NCBI RefSeq assembly: GCF_009914755.1
Contig: NC_060928.1
Direction: 5' to 3' (one strand)
Length of the DNA stretch: 64,000 nucleotides
From: the human T2T-CHM13v2.0 reference genome, Homo sapiens
The translations under genes and the position numbers were made by a program. Of this stretch, positions 37,906 through 49,700 are shown piece by piece (position 1 is the stretch's first letter; every line of letters starts with the position of its first letter). The notes under the pieces were generated by a model. That model did not search any database and was not told where the DNA came from. It saw only the letters and a program-made list of their open reading frames with translations.

Positions 37906-40899
37906 CTCATGATTCCTCTAATCACATATGCATTGATTGCTGAGCCTATGAAGTGTACGCTTTCCTTCTTACCCAGTTACAGTAAAATCCAGATTAAAGA
38001 GAGGGGAATGTCAGTGTTAAGAAGAGCATATTATATGGTATGTTGGCAAAGACTCATTTACAAAAGTACACAATGTGCCACGAAACACATGCAGTACAAA
38101 GATAATTTTTTCCTTTCCATGTGACCTTTTGAAATCAGAAATATTATTTATAGAATCCCCCCATGCCATTTATGCACAAAACATTTCTGACCTTTGCAAA
38201 TGCAAGGCATAGAACTCTGAGTGTGATTTTAACAGTCAATTAATAAAGATTACAAAGATATTTACCCATGTAGTTAAAAAGAAAAGTTTCTTAAAAAACC
38301 TTTAAAGCAGCCAGGTAAATAGCCTAATAAATGATAAAGGTCATGTTGACTAGAGAGCACACTCCCTAACTCTTCTAAATAATCATTGCAGTCTGGCTGT
38401 TGTCTGATAAGAGAGTTAATTACCCCATATTTCAATTTTAAAAGCAACCTGAGATCTCAATTAAATGCTCAAGATGTGAAAAAGTACCAGTTTTTGTTGT
38501 TTTCATCCATTTTCTTTGTGATGTGAACATGACAATTTGGTGATAGCAGTACTTTCCCTTTCTTGTTCCCTTCTGAAGCCCATAATCCCTTCCTGGGTGC
38601 TTCTGAGTTCTAACTTATGATATCCCCATATGGTTGGAGGAGAGCTAATTAATTTCCACTACTGTTGTAAGTTTTCACAGTGGGATTTTTGTTTGCCATC
38701 ACAGTGTCCTGAAGACCAGGACATTACTCCTCAAACATACAATGACTTGCCCGTTCACATCTTTGAGCCAGTTTCTTGAAATCCATCAATGGGTGTGAAA
38801 TAAATTTTATACTATGCCAACCTGCCTCACACATTTTCTTTTCATTCTAATAATAATTTTTAAATAATTATAATAACAAAGTGGTATTCCAACATCAGAC
38901 TTTTCAGTCATTACTTTATCTCTCTCTCATACCTCAGTATAGGGAGCATATTCATACAGCTCTAAATTTAGGAAACTTCCAGCTCTATTGTTCCTTGCTT
39001 TTCACATAAATTCCCCATTCATTTTCTGTTCCTCCTTTTTCTTTGTAGCCCCATTTTTCTTTGCCTCATCAGCATGTCCTGTCATAAGTGTTTTCAGTCT
39101 AACCACTGCAAAAATGAGCCTGGCCAAAAAAGACTTCCGTCACAGTTGCTCCATCAAGCTTAACTTTTCCTTGCTAGGGTCATTCCACAATTTAGATGGC
39201 AATTATGGCAATTTTAGCTAATTCAGAGTGGAGGGAGACATTACAATATTTAATATTGCAATTTTCAGGTGCAGTATTTTTGGAACCTGCATAACATCTG
39301 CAAACTGAAATGAACAATATTAAGCCAACAACAGGCAATGAAATATCCAAGGAGTTTTTGACTAGGAGTTTCCCATGGCTTCTTTCTATTCTATTTCTAT
39401 TGAAAAAGAGACTCACACAAAGACACTAAATTAAAAGAAACATTTAATACATAGGTGTTTCAGAAGTCTTATTAAAGTATATATTGTTAAATATTGGAAA
39501 AGCACTCTGGCCAAGAGTTTAGTGCTGCTTTTAAACAATAACTTATGTACACACATTCAGCTGCCTATATTCCACTCTTAATTCTCATGTTACTAGGAAT
39601 TTAAAGCAAAATTACTTGAACTCCATGGCCACCCACAGTTCCATAACCAAATCTGTGAATAAAAGCTGTTAACAAAATATGATACTAAGCTAACTATAGA
39701 TAATATAACTGGTTATAATAAACTGAATTTTGATGTTTTAAAAAGCAAATTATTTTTTGTTGAGGTTATATGTTTTTGCAAAGACTACGGCATTTTTATT
39801 TAAAAAAAAAAAACTTCCAGAAAACAAAACGGAAAACTATTGATGGCCAAACCTTAGACAGAATAGATTATTCAAGTATGTAAACTGATTCTACCTTTTT
39901 CTGGCCAAAAAACTGAGTGGAGTCAGAGCTCCTAATGTCCTTGAAGTTACTAGCTATACTGGCTCCTAGGATATCAGTGTAACGGACAGTTTTCCACCAA
40001 ATATGAAGTTGCTGGTAGATGCCAGGCCCTGATAGGCAGGTGAAGAATGAGAAGAGGTAAGTGAATCAGCAAACAGAACAGGGTAATGCTGAAAGCTATG
40101 TGGAGACATCTTTTCCAACACCCAAAGATCAAGATAATAACTCAGCATGCATGATGGTCTGGGTGATTGATGGATATCACCATAGTAATGAGTACCAATC
40201 AGCCATTTCAAGAAGAAAATTGAGTTTAAGTAGCTGACAAGCACTGTGTGTGGATAACAGTCTGAAATCAAACTGTGAGTATAATTCAGTCATTAACATC
40301 TCCACAGCCAACCAGATGGATTTTCTTTCATCCCTGAAGGTCCATTTTATGTTGCATAGGTAGTGCCTGAATTTGAGCGTCATCTTCTTTTATTTCCATT
40401 TCCCATCTTCTTATGGAAACACTAATGAGCTGTAAAAATAGCCCAGAGGCAGACAAAATAGGGAGGAGAAATAAAGGGCAAGGATAATCTACAAACTAAA
40501 AAAATCATTCCCAGAAAAATCAAGAGTGTGTTAGTGATGCCTTAAAATGATGAAAATTATCTCCAAAAATACTTTTTAAAAAAACTTATTGGAAAATATT
40601 AAAAATGTCTTAAACTTCCTGCCACAGAAAACTCATGTTCATGCAACTTTGATTTGGCTGCTCTTACAAATGAAAATTGTCCATAGAAGAATGGCTGAGT
40701 ATAGCATGCTTATGAGATCTTAGCACTCGAGGGCTAGATTTTCTGAAGTATCTAAATAACGTAAGGATTCAGGTGTGAAAGAAATTGTATAGAAGGCTAG
40801 AAATAAAAACATTGCGAGGGACTTAACTAAATGTCAGCTGAAATACAGGAAACCTGGACAGGGTGAGTAAATATTAGACTGAAAAGGGAATTGCATTTT

Positions 40900-41110
40900 C
40901 AAGACCATACTGTATACCTAGCGAAATGCTGGGCGCTGGCACAAATATCATTTTATTTAATACTTAACAACAACCCAGTGAGTTCACTGTTACTATCCTT
41001 ACTCAGATGACAAAACAAGACTGAGAAATCAACTAACTTGCTCAAGATCACAACTAGAAAATGTTAAAAAGAAAGGCTTTCTGATTACAAAGCCCTTGCT
41101 CTCCTTCACT
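40900..41110 (-). mobile_element. MIR SINE relic
   Basis: atttaatacttaacaacaacccagtgag...cagatgacaaaacaagactgaga...taacttgctcaagatcacaactag. Confidence 0.7.
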
Positions 41111-42249
41111 TCAGACAATTCTCTTAGGGATAAGAGCAAATAAATAGAAGGAGTTGGGGAGTGAGGCAGATGACACAGGTTCAGTGGGTTTTTCAGAATA
41201 TTTTAGTTTTTTTGTCTAACAAAATAAATCGGGAAAATCCTTTGCACAGTAAATTAGGCTTCATTAAAATGAATTTACAGAAGTTTCTGAAAAGCAGATA
41301 CTTTATTAAATTTTTATAACACATAAAGATTGGTCATTTGTGTTATTACTCCCAGATTGCCTTGTAGAGTGTCTGCATGAAGTGTTTGCTGAGTAACGAG
41401 AAGACAGAAACTAGATAATGTCTGTAAGAAAAGATCTTTCTTACAATCCCCTGAGGAAGTAGCCAGATTACTCATTTGTGTCTTGGTGCTCTATCATGGT
41501 TAGAACTTCCACAGAATTTTGCTGATTTGCATTTCGGATAGGGCACTCTGGTATTAACTCTCCTGTACTTTGGAAGTTTAAGTTATTCTCCTAAGAAAGG
41601 AGCTTAAGATGTAAATATATTAAATAAGAACACTCTGTTTAGAGTGATTTAATATAACAATAATCATTTTATGTTAATGCACTAGCACACAGTCATCTGT
41701 TTTAGTAGGAAAATAAATTTTCATTTAATCTCACTTTTTCTCATCTAAATGTCTCACTTGTCCACATCTAAATTACATAGATAATAAAGTTAATTTAAAT
41801 GTTCATTTAATGTGATGTACAAGGCCATTTAATATTATATAAATGGAATGATTTCATCATTTTCATTCCTGAACTAGATATATTGTTTTCAAAAATGACC
41901 TAAAAATCTTTTTTGATTTTGTATCCTCATCAGTACAAATATTTTAAGTATATACAAATGTATGTATATTTATAACACACATACTCACACACACAAACAC
42001 TCCTTTTCCAATGGCCTCCCAAAGTGTTTAACTCCCTGTCCCAAATGAAGAAGCCAAAGCACAAAAACCTGAGGATTTTTCTCTAAATGAAACAAAATTG
42101 AATAAGCTTTCTGGATTCTGGACTCCTGAACTGGGCAATATGGCCCTGACATTGTCAGTCACAAGGAGGTTTCTCATCACATTAGCTTACCAACCAAACA
42201 GCTCAAAGTGATGCCTAGCTATCAAAAGACCAGCCCAATACATCAGCTC

Positions 42250-42975
42250 CAAATCAACTTTTTGTTTTGTCTCAGTCCTTCTTAGACAAACGCAAATTAT
42301 CAAATGTTTAAGAAATGCCTTGAATATAAAAGAAAAAAATCAAACTTAAAAAAGATTCAAATAGGAATAATTCAGGAGAAAGAAGAGACCTTTAAAAAAT
42401 TAGTACCTCAGAGTCACTTAACAACTTAAGTACATACATAGAACAAGAATAGCATGGCTGTTCAGTGAACAAGAAAATAATTGTGAACTTAAAATACTTA
42501 TTCTGGAAATAAAAATAAATAGATTCAGGATAAAGAAGAAATACAGTGTGCAAGTGGCCACAATAATTATGCCTGTATATTTCTTGATTTACCAAAATTC
42601 AAAAATGATACGAGGTAAGATAAAATTCACATAGAAATAAAGTTCTCTGCCTTCTGAGTCTAAAAATTCTAGAGAGAGAGAATAAAGAAATGTGGATAAG
42701 AAAATTATAAAAGAAATAATACGAGTATTTCCTAGAATTAAAAGACCCAAGCTTTCTTATTTAAAGGCCTACCAAAAAGCCAACAAGATAAGCAAACATG
42801 CAAACAAATAACCAAGTAGAAAACACATGATTGTAAAATTTCAGAACAGCAATAATGAAAAGAAGATTTGAAACATTCCCACAGAGGAAGTAAAAGATTA
42901 TTTACAAAGGAACAAGAACTAGACTAACGTAAGACTTTTTGTCAACAATAAATGTTAAAAGAAAATGGAGCCAAT
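42250..42975 (+). mobile_element. Old L1M ORF1-region relic
   Basis: aaagaaataatacgagtatttcctagaattaaa...attgtaaaatttcagaac...acaaaggaacaagaactagactaac...gaaaatggag. Confidence 0.6.
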
Positions 42976-43301
42976 TGTGTTAGGCCATTTTAGGTTGCTA
43001 TAGAGGAATACTTGAGGCTAGGTAATTTATAAAGAAAAGGGGTTTAGTTGGCTCATGGTTCTGCAGGCTGTACAAGCATGGAAGCAGCACCTGCTTATTC
43101 TGAGGGCCTCAGAAGCTACAGACATGGTGGAAAGGAAAGGAGAGTTGGTGGTGTCACATGGGGAAAGTGGGAGAAAGAGAGATGTGGGGGAGGTGCCATA
43201 CTCTTTTAAACAATCAGATCCCATGTGAACTCAGGCAAGAACTCACTCATCACCAAGGGGATGGAGCTAGTCATTCATGAGGGATATGCCCCCGTGACCC
43301 A
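42976..43301 (-). mobile_element. MaLR LTR (MSTB-like), truncated
   Basis: tgtgttaggccatttt...gctatagaggaatacttgaggctaggtaatttataaagaaaag...cattcatgagggatatgcccccgtgacccaa, then an abrupt end. Confidence 0.85.
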
Positions 43302-43623
43302 AGGAGAAGAAAAATCACCTGCTCCAGGTAATTCTGCATCATTGAACCATGATGATGTCCATGATTGGACATCTGATGCAGATGACGTTGATGACTAACC
43401 AGTGTATTGTGTGTACAGTGTGGATAAGCTGGACAAAGATATGATTCAACATCCAGGCAGGTGAAGTAGAATGGAGCAAGATTTCATCATGCTACTCAGA
43501 AAGGGTGCAATTTAAAACTTATGAATTATTTCTGTAATTCCCCATTTAATATTTTTGGACAGCCGTTGTCCATGGGTAACTGAAACTGCAGAAAGTAAAA
43601 CTGCAGATAAACAAGAGCTACTG
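43302..43623 (-). mobile_element. Tigger7/MER44-family DNA transposon end
   Basis: gatttcatcatgctactcagaa...gcaatttaaaacttatgaatt...gggtaactgaaactgcagaaagtaaaactgcagataa...ctactg followed by TA. Confidence 0.8.
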
Positions 43624-43822
43624 TATACCTAAAAATAGCTAAGAGTTAGATTTTAAGTGTTCTCATCACAAAAAATGAGATGTGAGGTAATTGATATATT
43701 AATTAGCTTGATTTAGCCACTCCACAATGTATACATATATCGAAACATGTTGTACACCATAGATACAATTTTTATTTTTCAATTAAAAGCAAATATATAA
43801 AAATAAATAAAATAAAATAAAC
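43624..43822 (+). mobile_element. L1MA (L1MA8-like) 3' end with A-rich tail
   Basis: gctaagagttagattttaagtgttctcatcacaaaaa...aattagcttgatttagccactccacaatgtatacatatatcgaaacat. Confidence 0.8.
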
Positions 43823-45822
43823 ATTTGAAAAAAGAGATGAAGGATGGAAAAATAGATACTGTAATTGAGAACTTACCAAAACTTGAGCACATTGTAAAAG
43901 TAACTGATGAAGTGCGGTAAGGAAAATATATTGGAAATAGAGTAGACACTATAAGGATTCTTCTTGGAAAGGCACAGGGCATTGGACCCAAAGGAAAAGA
44001 AACAGAAAGCTTGTGCATGGCTTGGCTTTAAAGCTAATGAATATGCAAATGATGTTTACTCATTTCTACCTTTATAATCAAATCACAGAAGACTATTCAT
44101 ACAGGAGGGAATATAATTATCTGTGTTCTCAGTATAAAAGTAAAGATGCATCTGACAGAGGTTGAGAAGCCTCAAGGGGAGAGAAGAGCTTTCTAGAACT
44201 GATGTAACAAGGAGCAGAGATTTAGGCAGTTTGAGTTTGCAAGGTGGCCGGCAAAGTCCCTGAGGACAGTGATATAGCTATTGGCAGAGGAGAGGTAAGG
44301 CAGGTGAAGGTTTGTATACATGAGCAAAGCCTCACCTTTTATTACAGAAAGTCAAGCTATAGTATCTAAATTTGATAAAACATAAGCACATATTATTTAG
44401 AGCCATGTGGCAACCATGACAAAAAACTAAAACAGAGGTTGACTCAAGAGAAGCAAACTGGAGAGGTTGGAGGGGTGATACAGGCCAATGTGACTGTTCA
44501 TTATTATCCCTTCCCTTATTTGATTTTTAGCCATGGGCATGTTTACTTTGCTATTATTATTTTTTAGATTTTGAGGGTAAACTCTTGCATTAGGTTAGGA
44601 ATTCTGTATAATTTCCCCTATAATGGCCAAAGTATTGCCATTTCTTTCATTATCTCTGAATCAATGAATTGTGATGTTTTTAGACTAGAAAAACACAAAA
44701 CATATAAGAACAGTGTTCAATCCTCAGCAGTGAGTGCAACTGGATTCCATTCCGATAGAAACAACAATACAGAGTTTTATTCTCCCTGAACAGGTGTCAA
44801 CACTTTGTAACATCAAAAGTCAAAAAAGAATTTTTGAAAATGGATTCTGATAAATTCTAGTCCCAGCATATGTTAATAGGTGATCCTCGAAAAGGGAAAT
44901 CTGTTATCAAAACTCTTGAAAATCTGCATAATATTTACCTTCCTTGGAGTGTACATTAACATATCAAAATTCTCAATGTTGCACCCAAAATTTCCCTTAC
45001 TTATTTGGTATATGGAGCTCTATGATGGGAAATTTTATGAAATGCAGTTTAGGAAAGACTAGGTTACAGGATTTCTGAAATAGTAGTGATTGTATGTCAT
45101 TAATGGTTTTAGATTTGTGACAAAATTGATTTCATAATGCCCATTGTACACATTATTGCATTCAAATCTTGTAAAAAGCCAGTTGCTTTGTGTTATGTAA
45201 TCAACACATCCAGTGGCATAACAGAGTTGCTATTTGTAGAAGAACAGATTAAAAAGAAGAGAAAAATTATTATGTAGCACTATATTTAAAACATTTTATG
45301 AATTTGTTCAGTAACAACTGTAGGCCTGACTTTGAATAATGCTGAATACTTAGGGAGACAGAGCCCCAATAAGTGAAGACATAATGTCTGAGTTTGCTGT
45401 TGAAATCACTTCAGATCTCATTATCATCAAAAGTAAAATGAAAAAAGGCACACAATAAATCCAACTTATATCACACGTATACTTTGAAGTTAAGATAATC
45501 AAAGTCAGTATTAGAATTTAAGTTCTATTAAAAGGTACAACGTTTCTGGGAACTATTTCCCATTAATTATTTATATCTTGACAGACACACACAAGCAGAG
45601 AATCAAAAGAACAGTTTTAGACAGATTTCCAGTGAAGCTTCAAACATCATCTATATTTCATACTGGGAACTGTTAAGTTCACCAGGAGGGAAAGTGGTTC
45701 AATGTTGCTTTGGTGCTTACCAAATTTGAAGGTCTTTGGCATAGGAACTTTAAACCAGAAAAATTTTCCTGGCAATAAATAAATATTGATCAACTCCTCA
45801 TTGCTCGTTCAGTTGTCTTTTT

Positions 45823-46524
45823 TTATATATATATATATATATTTTTTTTATTATACTTTAAGTTTTAGGGTACATGTGCACATTGTGCAGGTTAGTTACA
45901 TATGTATACATGTGCCATGCTGGTGCGCTGCACCCACTAACTCGTCATCTAGCATTAGGTATATCTCCCGATGCTATCCCTCCCCCCTCCCCCCACCCCA
46001 CAACAGTCCCCAGAGTGTGATATTCCCCTTCTTGTGTCCATGTGATCTCACTGTTCAGTTCCCACCTATGAGTGAGAATATGCGGTGTTTGGTTTTTTGT
46101 TCTTGCGATAGTTTACTGAGAATGATGATTTCCAATTTCATCCATGTCCCTACAAAGGACATGAACTCATCATTTTTTATGGCTGCATAGTATTCCATGG
46201 TGTATATGTGCCACATTTTCTTAATCCAGTCTATCCTTGTTGGACATTTGGGTTGGTTCCAAGTCTTTGCTATTGTGAATAATGCCACAATAAACATACG
46301 TGTGCATGTGTCTTTATAGCAGCATGATTTATAGTCCTTTGGGTATATACCCAGTAATGGGATGGCTGGGTCAAATAGTATTTCCAGTTCTAGATCCCTG
46401 AGGAATCGCCACACTGACTTCCACAATGGTTGAACTAGTTTACAGTCCCACCAACAGTGTAAAAGTGTTCCTATTTCTCCACATCCTCTCCAACATCTGT
46501 TGTTTCCTGACTTTTTAATGATTG
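45823..46524 (-). mobile_element. Young 5'-truncated L1PA (L1PA2/3-like), ~0.7 kb
   Basis: ORF 46055-46426 is the ORF2p C-terminus (WRFLRDLELEILFDPAIPLLGIYP...HRIFSLIGGN). The 3' UTR has cacattgtgcagg and actcgtcatctagc. Tail partly (AT)n. TSD ttgtcttttt (45813-45822 / 46526-46535). Confidence 0.95.
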
Positions 46525-46747
46525 ATTGTCTTTTTACTGCTACTAAAACTACCCAAGTGTTAATACACTTAATTAATATTTATAAAGGTTGATGCACTGT
46601 CTGTTTCTGCTTAGTTTTAAGTTGCAATAACTAGAACTTCATAAGATATTCTGAATGCAAAGAAAATTCATGGGAACTAAAATATGACTAGAACATAGAA
46701 TATGCCAGAATCTCTGCTGAGTCACTTGCATCACTTATTTACTTCTT

Positions 46748-49700
46748 TTGCAAAAAAACTTTTGTGGATACATAGTAAGTATATATATTTATAGATTACA
46801 TGAGATATTTCGATACAGCCATGCCATGTGTAATAATCACATCAGGGTAAATAGGATATCCATCATCTCAAGCACTTATCCTTTGTGCTACAAAAATTCA
46901 ATTATACTCCCCTAGTTATTTTAAAATGTACAATTAAGTTATTTTTTACTACAGTCACCCTGATATGCTAGCAAATACTAAGTCTTATTTGTTTTTTTCT
47001 AACTATTTTTTTTTGTACTCATTAACCATCCCCAGTTCCACTACTTCCCAGCCTTTGGTAACCATCTTTCTGCTATCTCTGTAAGTTCAATTATTTTAAT
47101 TTTTAGTTCCCACAAATAAATGAGAACATGCAGTATGTCTTTCTGTGCCTGACTTATTTCACTTAACATTACCATCTCCAGTTCCATCCATGTTGTTGCA
47201 AATGACAGGATCTCATTCTTTTTTTATGAATAGTACTCCATTGTGTATATGTACCATATTTTCTTTGTCCACTTACCTGTTGATGGACACTCAGATTGCT
47301 TCCAAATCTTGGCTATTGTGAATAGTGCTGCAATAAACATGGGAGTGCAGATATGTCTTTGATATACTGATTCCCTTAATTTGGGGCAAATACCTAGGAG
47401 TGAGACTGCTGGATCATATGGTAGCTCCATTTTTAGTTTTTTGAGGAACTTCCAAACTCTTCTTTTTAGTGATTGTGCTAATTTACATTCCCACCTACAG
47501 TGTATGACGGTTCCCTTTCCTCCATTTTACCAGCATTTGTTATTTCCTCAATTATTGTAGCTTTAATTTGCATTTCTCTGAGGATCAGTGATGTTGAGCA
47601 CCTTTTTACACGCCTGTGTGCCATTTGGATATCTTCTTTTGAGAAATGTCTGTTAGGATCTTTTGCCCACTTTTTTAATCCTATAGAGCTGTGGGGATTT
47701 TTTTATAGAGTTGTTTGAGCTACTTACATATTCTGGTTATGAGTCCCTTTTCAGATGGGTAGTCTGCAAATATTTTCTCCCATTCTGTTGGTTGTCTCTT
47801 CACTTTGCTGATTGTTTCATTTGTTTTGAAGAAGTTTTTTAACTTGACATGATCCCATTCACCCATTTTTGCTTTGGTTGCTTGTGCTTGTGGAGTATTA
47901 TTCAAGAAATCTTTGTCTGCCCTGATGTCCTGGAGAGTTTCCCCAATGTTTTCTTTTAGCAGTTTCATAGTTTGAGGTCTTCTATTTAAGTCTTAATCAA
48001 CTTTGATTTGATTTTTATATATGACGAGAAATAAGAGTCTAGTTTCATTCTTTTGCATATGAATATCCAGTTTTTCCAGCATCATTTATTGAAGAGACTG
48101 TCCTTTTCCCAATGTGTGTTCTTGGCACCTTTGCCTAAAAGCAGCTTATTGTATATGTGTAGATTTATCTCTGGGTTCTCCATTCTGTTCCACTGATCTA
48201 TGTGTCTGTTTTTATGCCAGTACCATGCCATATTTGTTATTATAACACTGTAGTATAAAGTCAGATAATGCGATTCTTCCAGTTTAGTTATTTTTGCCTA
48301 GTATAGCTTTAGCTATCCTAGGCCTTTTGTGGTTCCATATACATTTTAGGGTTTTTTTCTATTTCTGTGAAAAAAATATCTTTGGTATTTTGATAGAGAT
48401 TTACATTAAATCTATGGATTGCTTTGAGTAATATGGCCATTTTAACAATATTGTTTCTTCCAATCCATGAACATGGAATCTCTTCCCATTTTTTGGTGTC
48501 CTCTTTAATTTCTTGCATCAATGTTTTATACCTTTTATTGCAGAAAACTTTCACCACTTTAGCTAATTTTTAGGTATTTAATTTTATTTGTAGCGATTAT
48601 AAACAGAATCACTTTCTTAATTTCAGATTGTTAGCTGTTGGCATATAGAAATGATTTTCTTAGAGGAAAGTCAGTTTTCTACTTTTATTCCATTGTGGTC
48701 AGAGATTTTTGTATGTTGATTTTGTATCTTGCGACTTTACTGAATTTATCAATTCTAATATTTTTATGGAGTCTAGATTTTTCCAAATATAAGATTATGT
48801 TATCTATAAACAAGAAGGATTTGACTTTTTCTTTTCCAGTTTGGATGCTCTTTATTTTTTTTCTGCTGTCTAATTGCTCTAGCTAGGACCTCCAGCACAA
48901 TGTTGAATAACAGTGGTGACAGTGGGCATCCTTGTCATGTTCTAGATTTTAGAGGAAAGGCTTTCAGTTTTTCCCCATTCTGTATGATACTAGCTGTAGG
49001 TTTGTTATATAAGGCTTTTATTATGTTGAGGTATGTTCCTTCTATATCAAGTTTTTTGAGGATTTTTATGAAGTGATGTTTAATTTTATAAAATGCTTTT
49101 TCAGTATGAATTTAAATGATCTTATGGATTTTTTTACTTTATTTTATTGATATGATGTATTACATTGATTGATTTGTGTATGTCGAACTCTCCTTGTAAT
49201 TTCACTTGGTCATGATGAATGATTTTTAATGTATAGTTAAATTCAGTTTGCTAGCATTTTGTTGAAGATTTTTCCATCAATGTTCATCAGAGATACTGGC
49301 CTGTGGTTTTCTTTTTTTGGCATGCCTTTGTCTGGTTTTGGTATTAGGGTAACACTGGCCTTGTAGAATGAATTTGTAAATACTCCCTCCTCCTCTACTT
49401 TTTCTTGAGTAAGATTGCAATTAGTTCTCTGTAAATGTTTGGTAGAATTCAGCAGTGAATTCATCAGGTCCCAGGCTTTTCTTTGCTGGGAGACTTTTTG
49501 GCTTCAAGCTCATTACATGTTACTGATCTGTTCGGATTTTTTCATGGTTCAATCTTGGAAGGTTGTTTGTGTCTAAGAAATTATCCATTTCTTCTAGGTT
49601 TTCCAATTTGTTGGCCCAAGGTTGCTCATACAGGCCACTAATGATGCTTTGAATTTCTGTGGTACCAGTTGTAATGTCTCCTGTTTCATCTCTGATTTTA

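Noticed and set aside
41423-41445. Near-palindrome tgtaagaaaagatctttcttaca
   Set aside because: Short and AT-rich, and plausible by chance in 64 kb.
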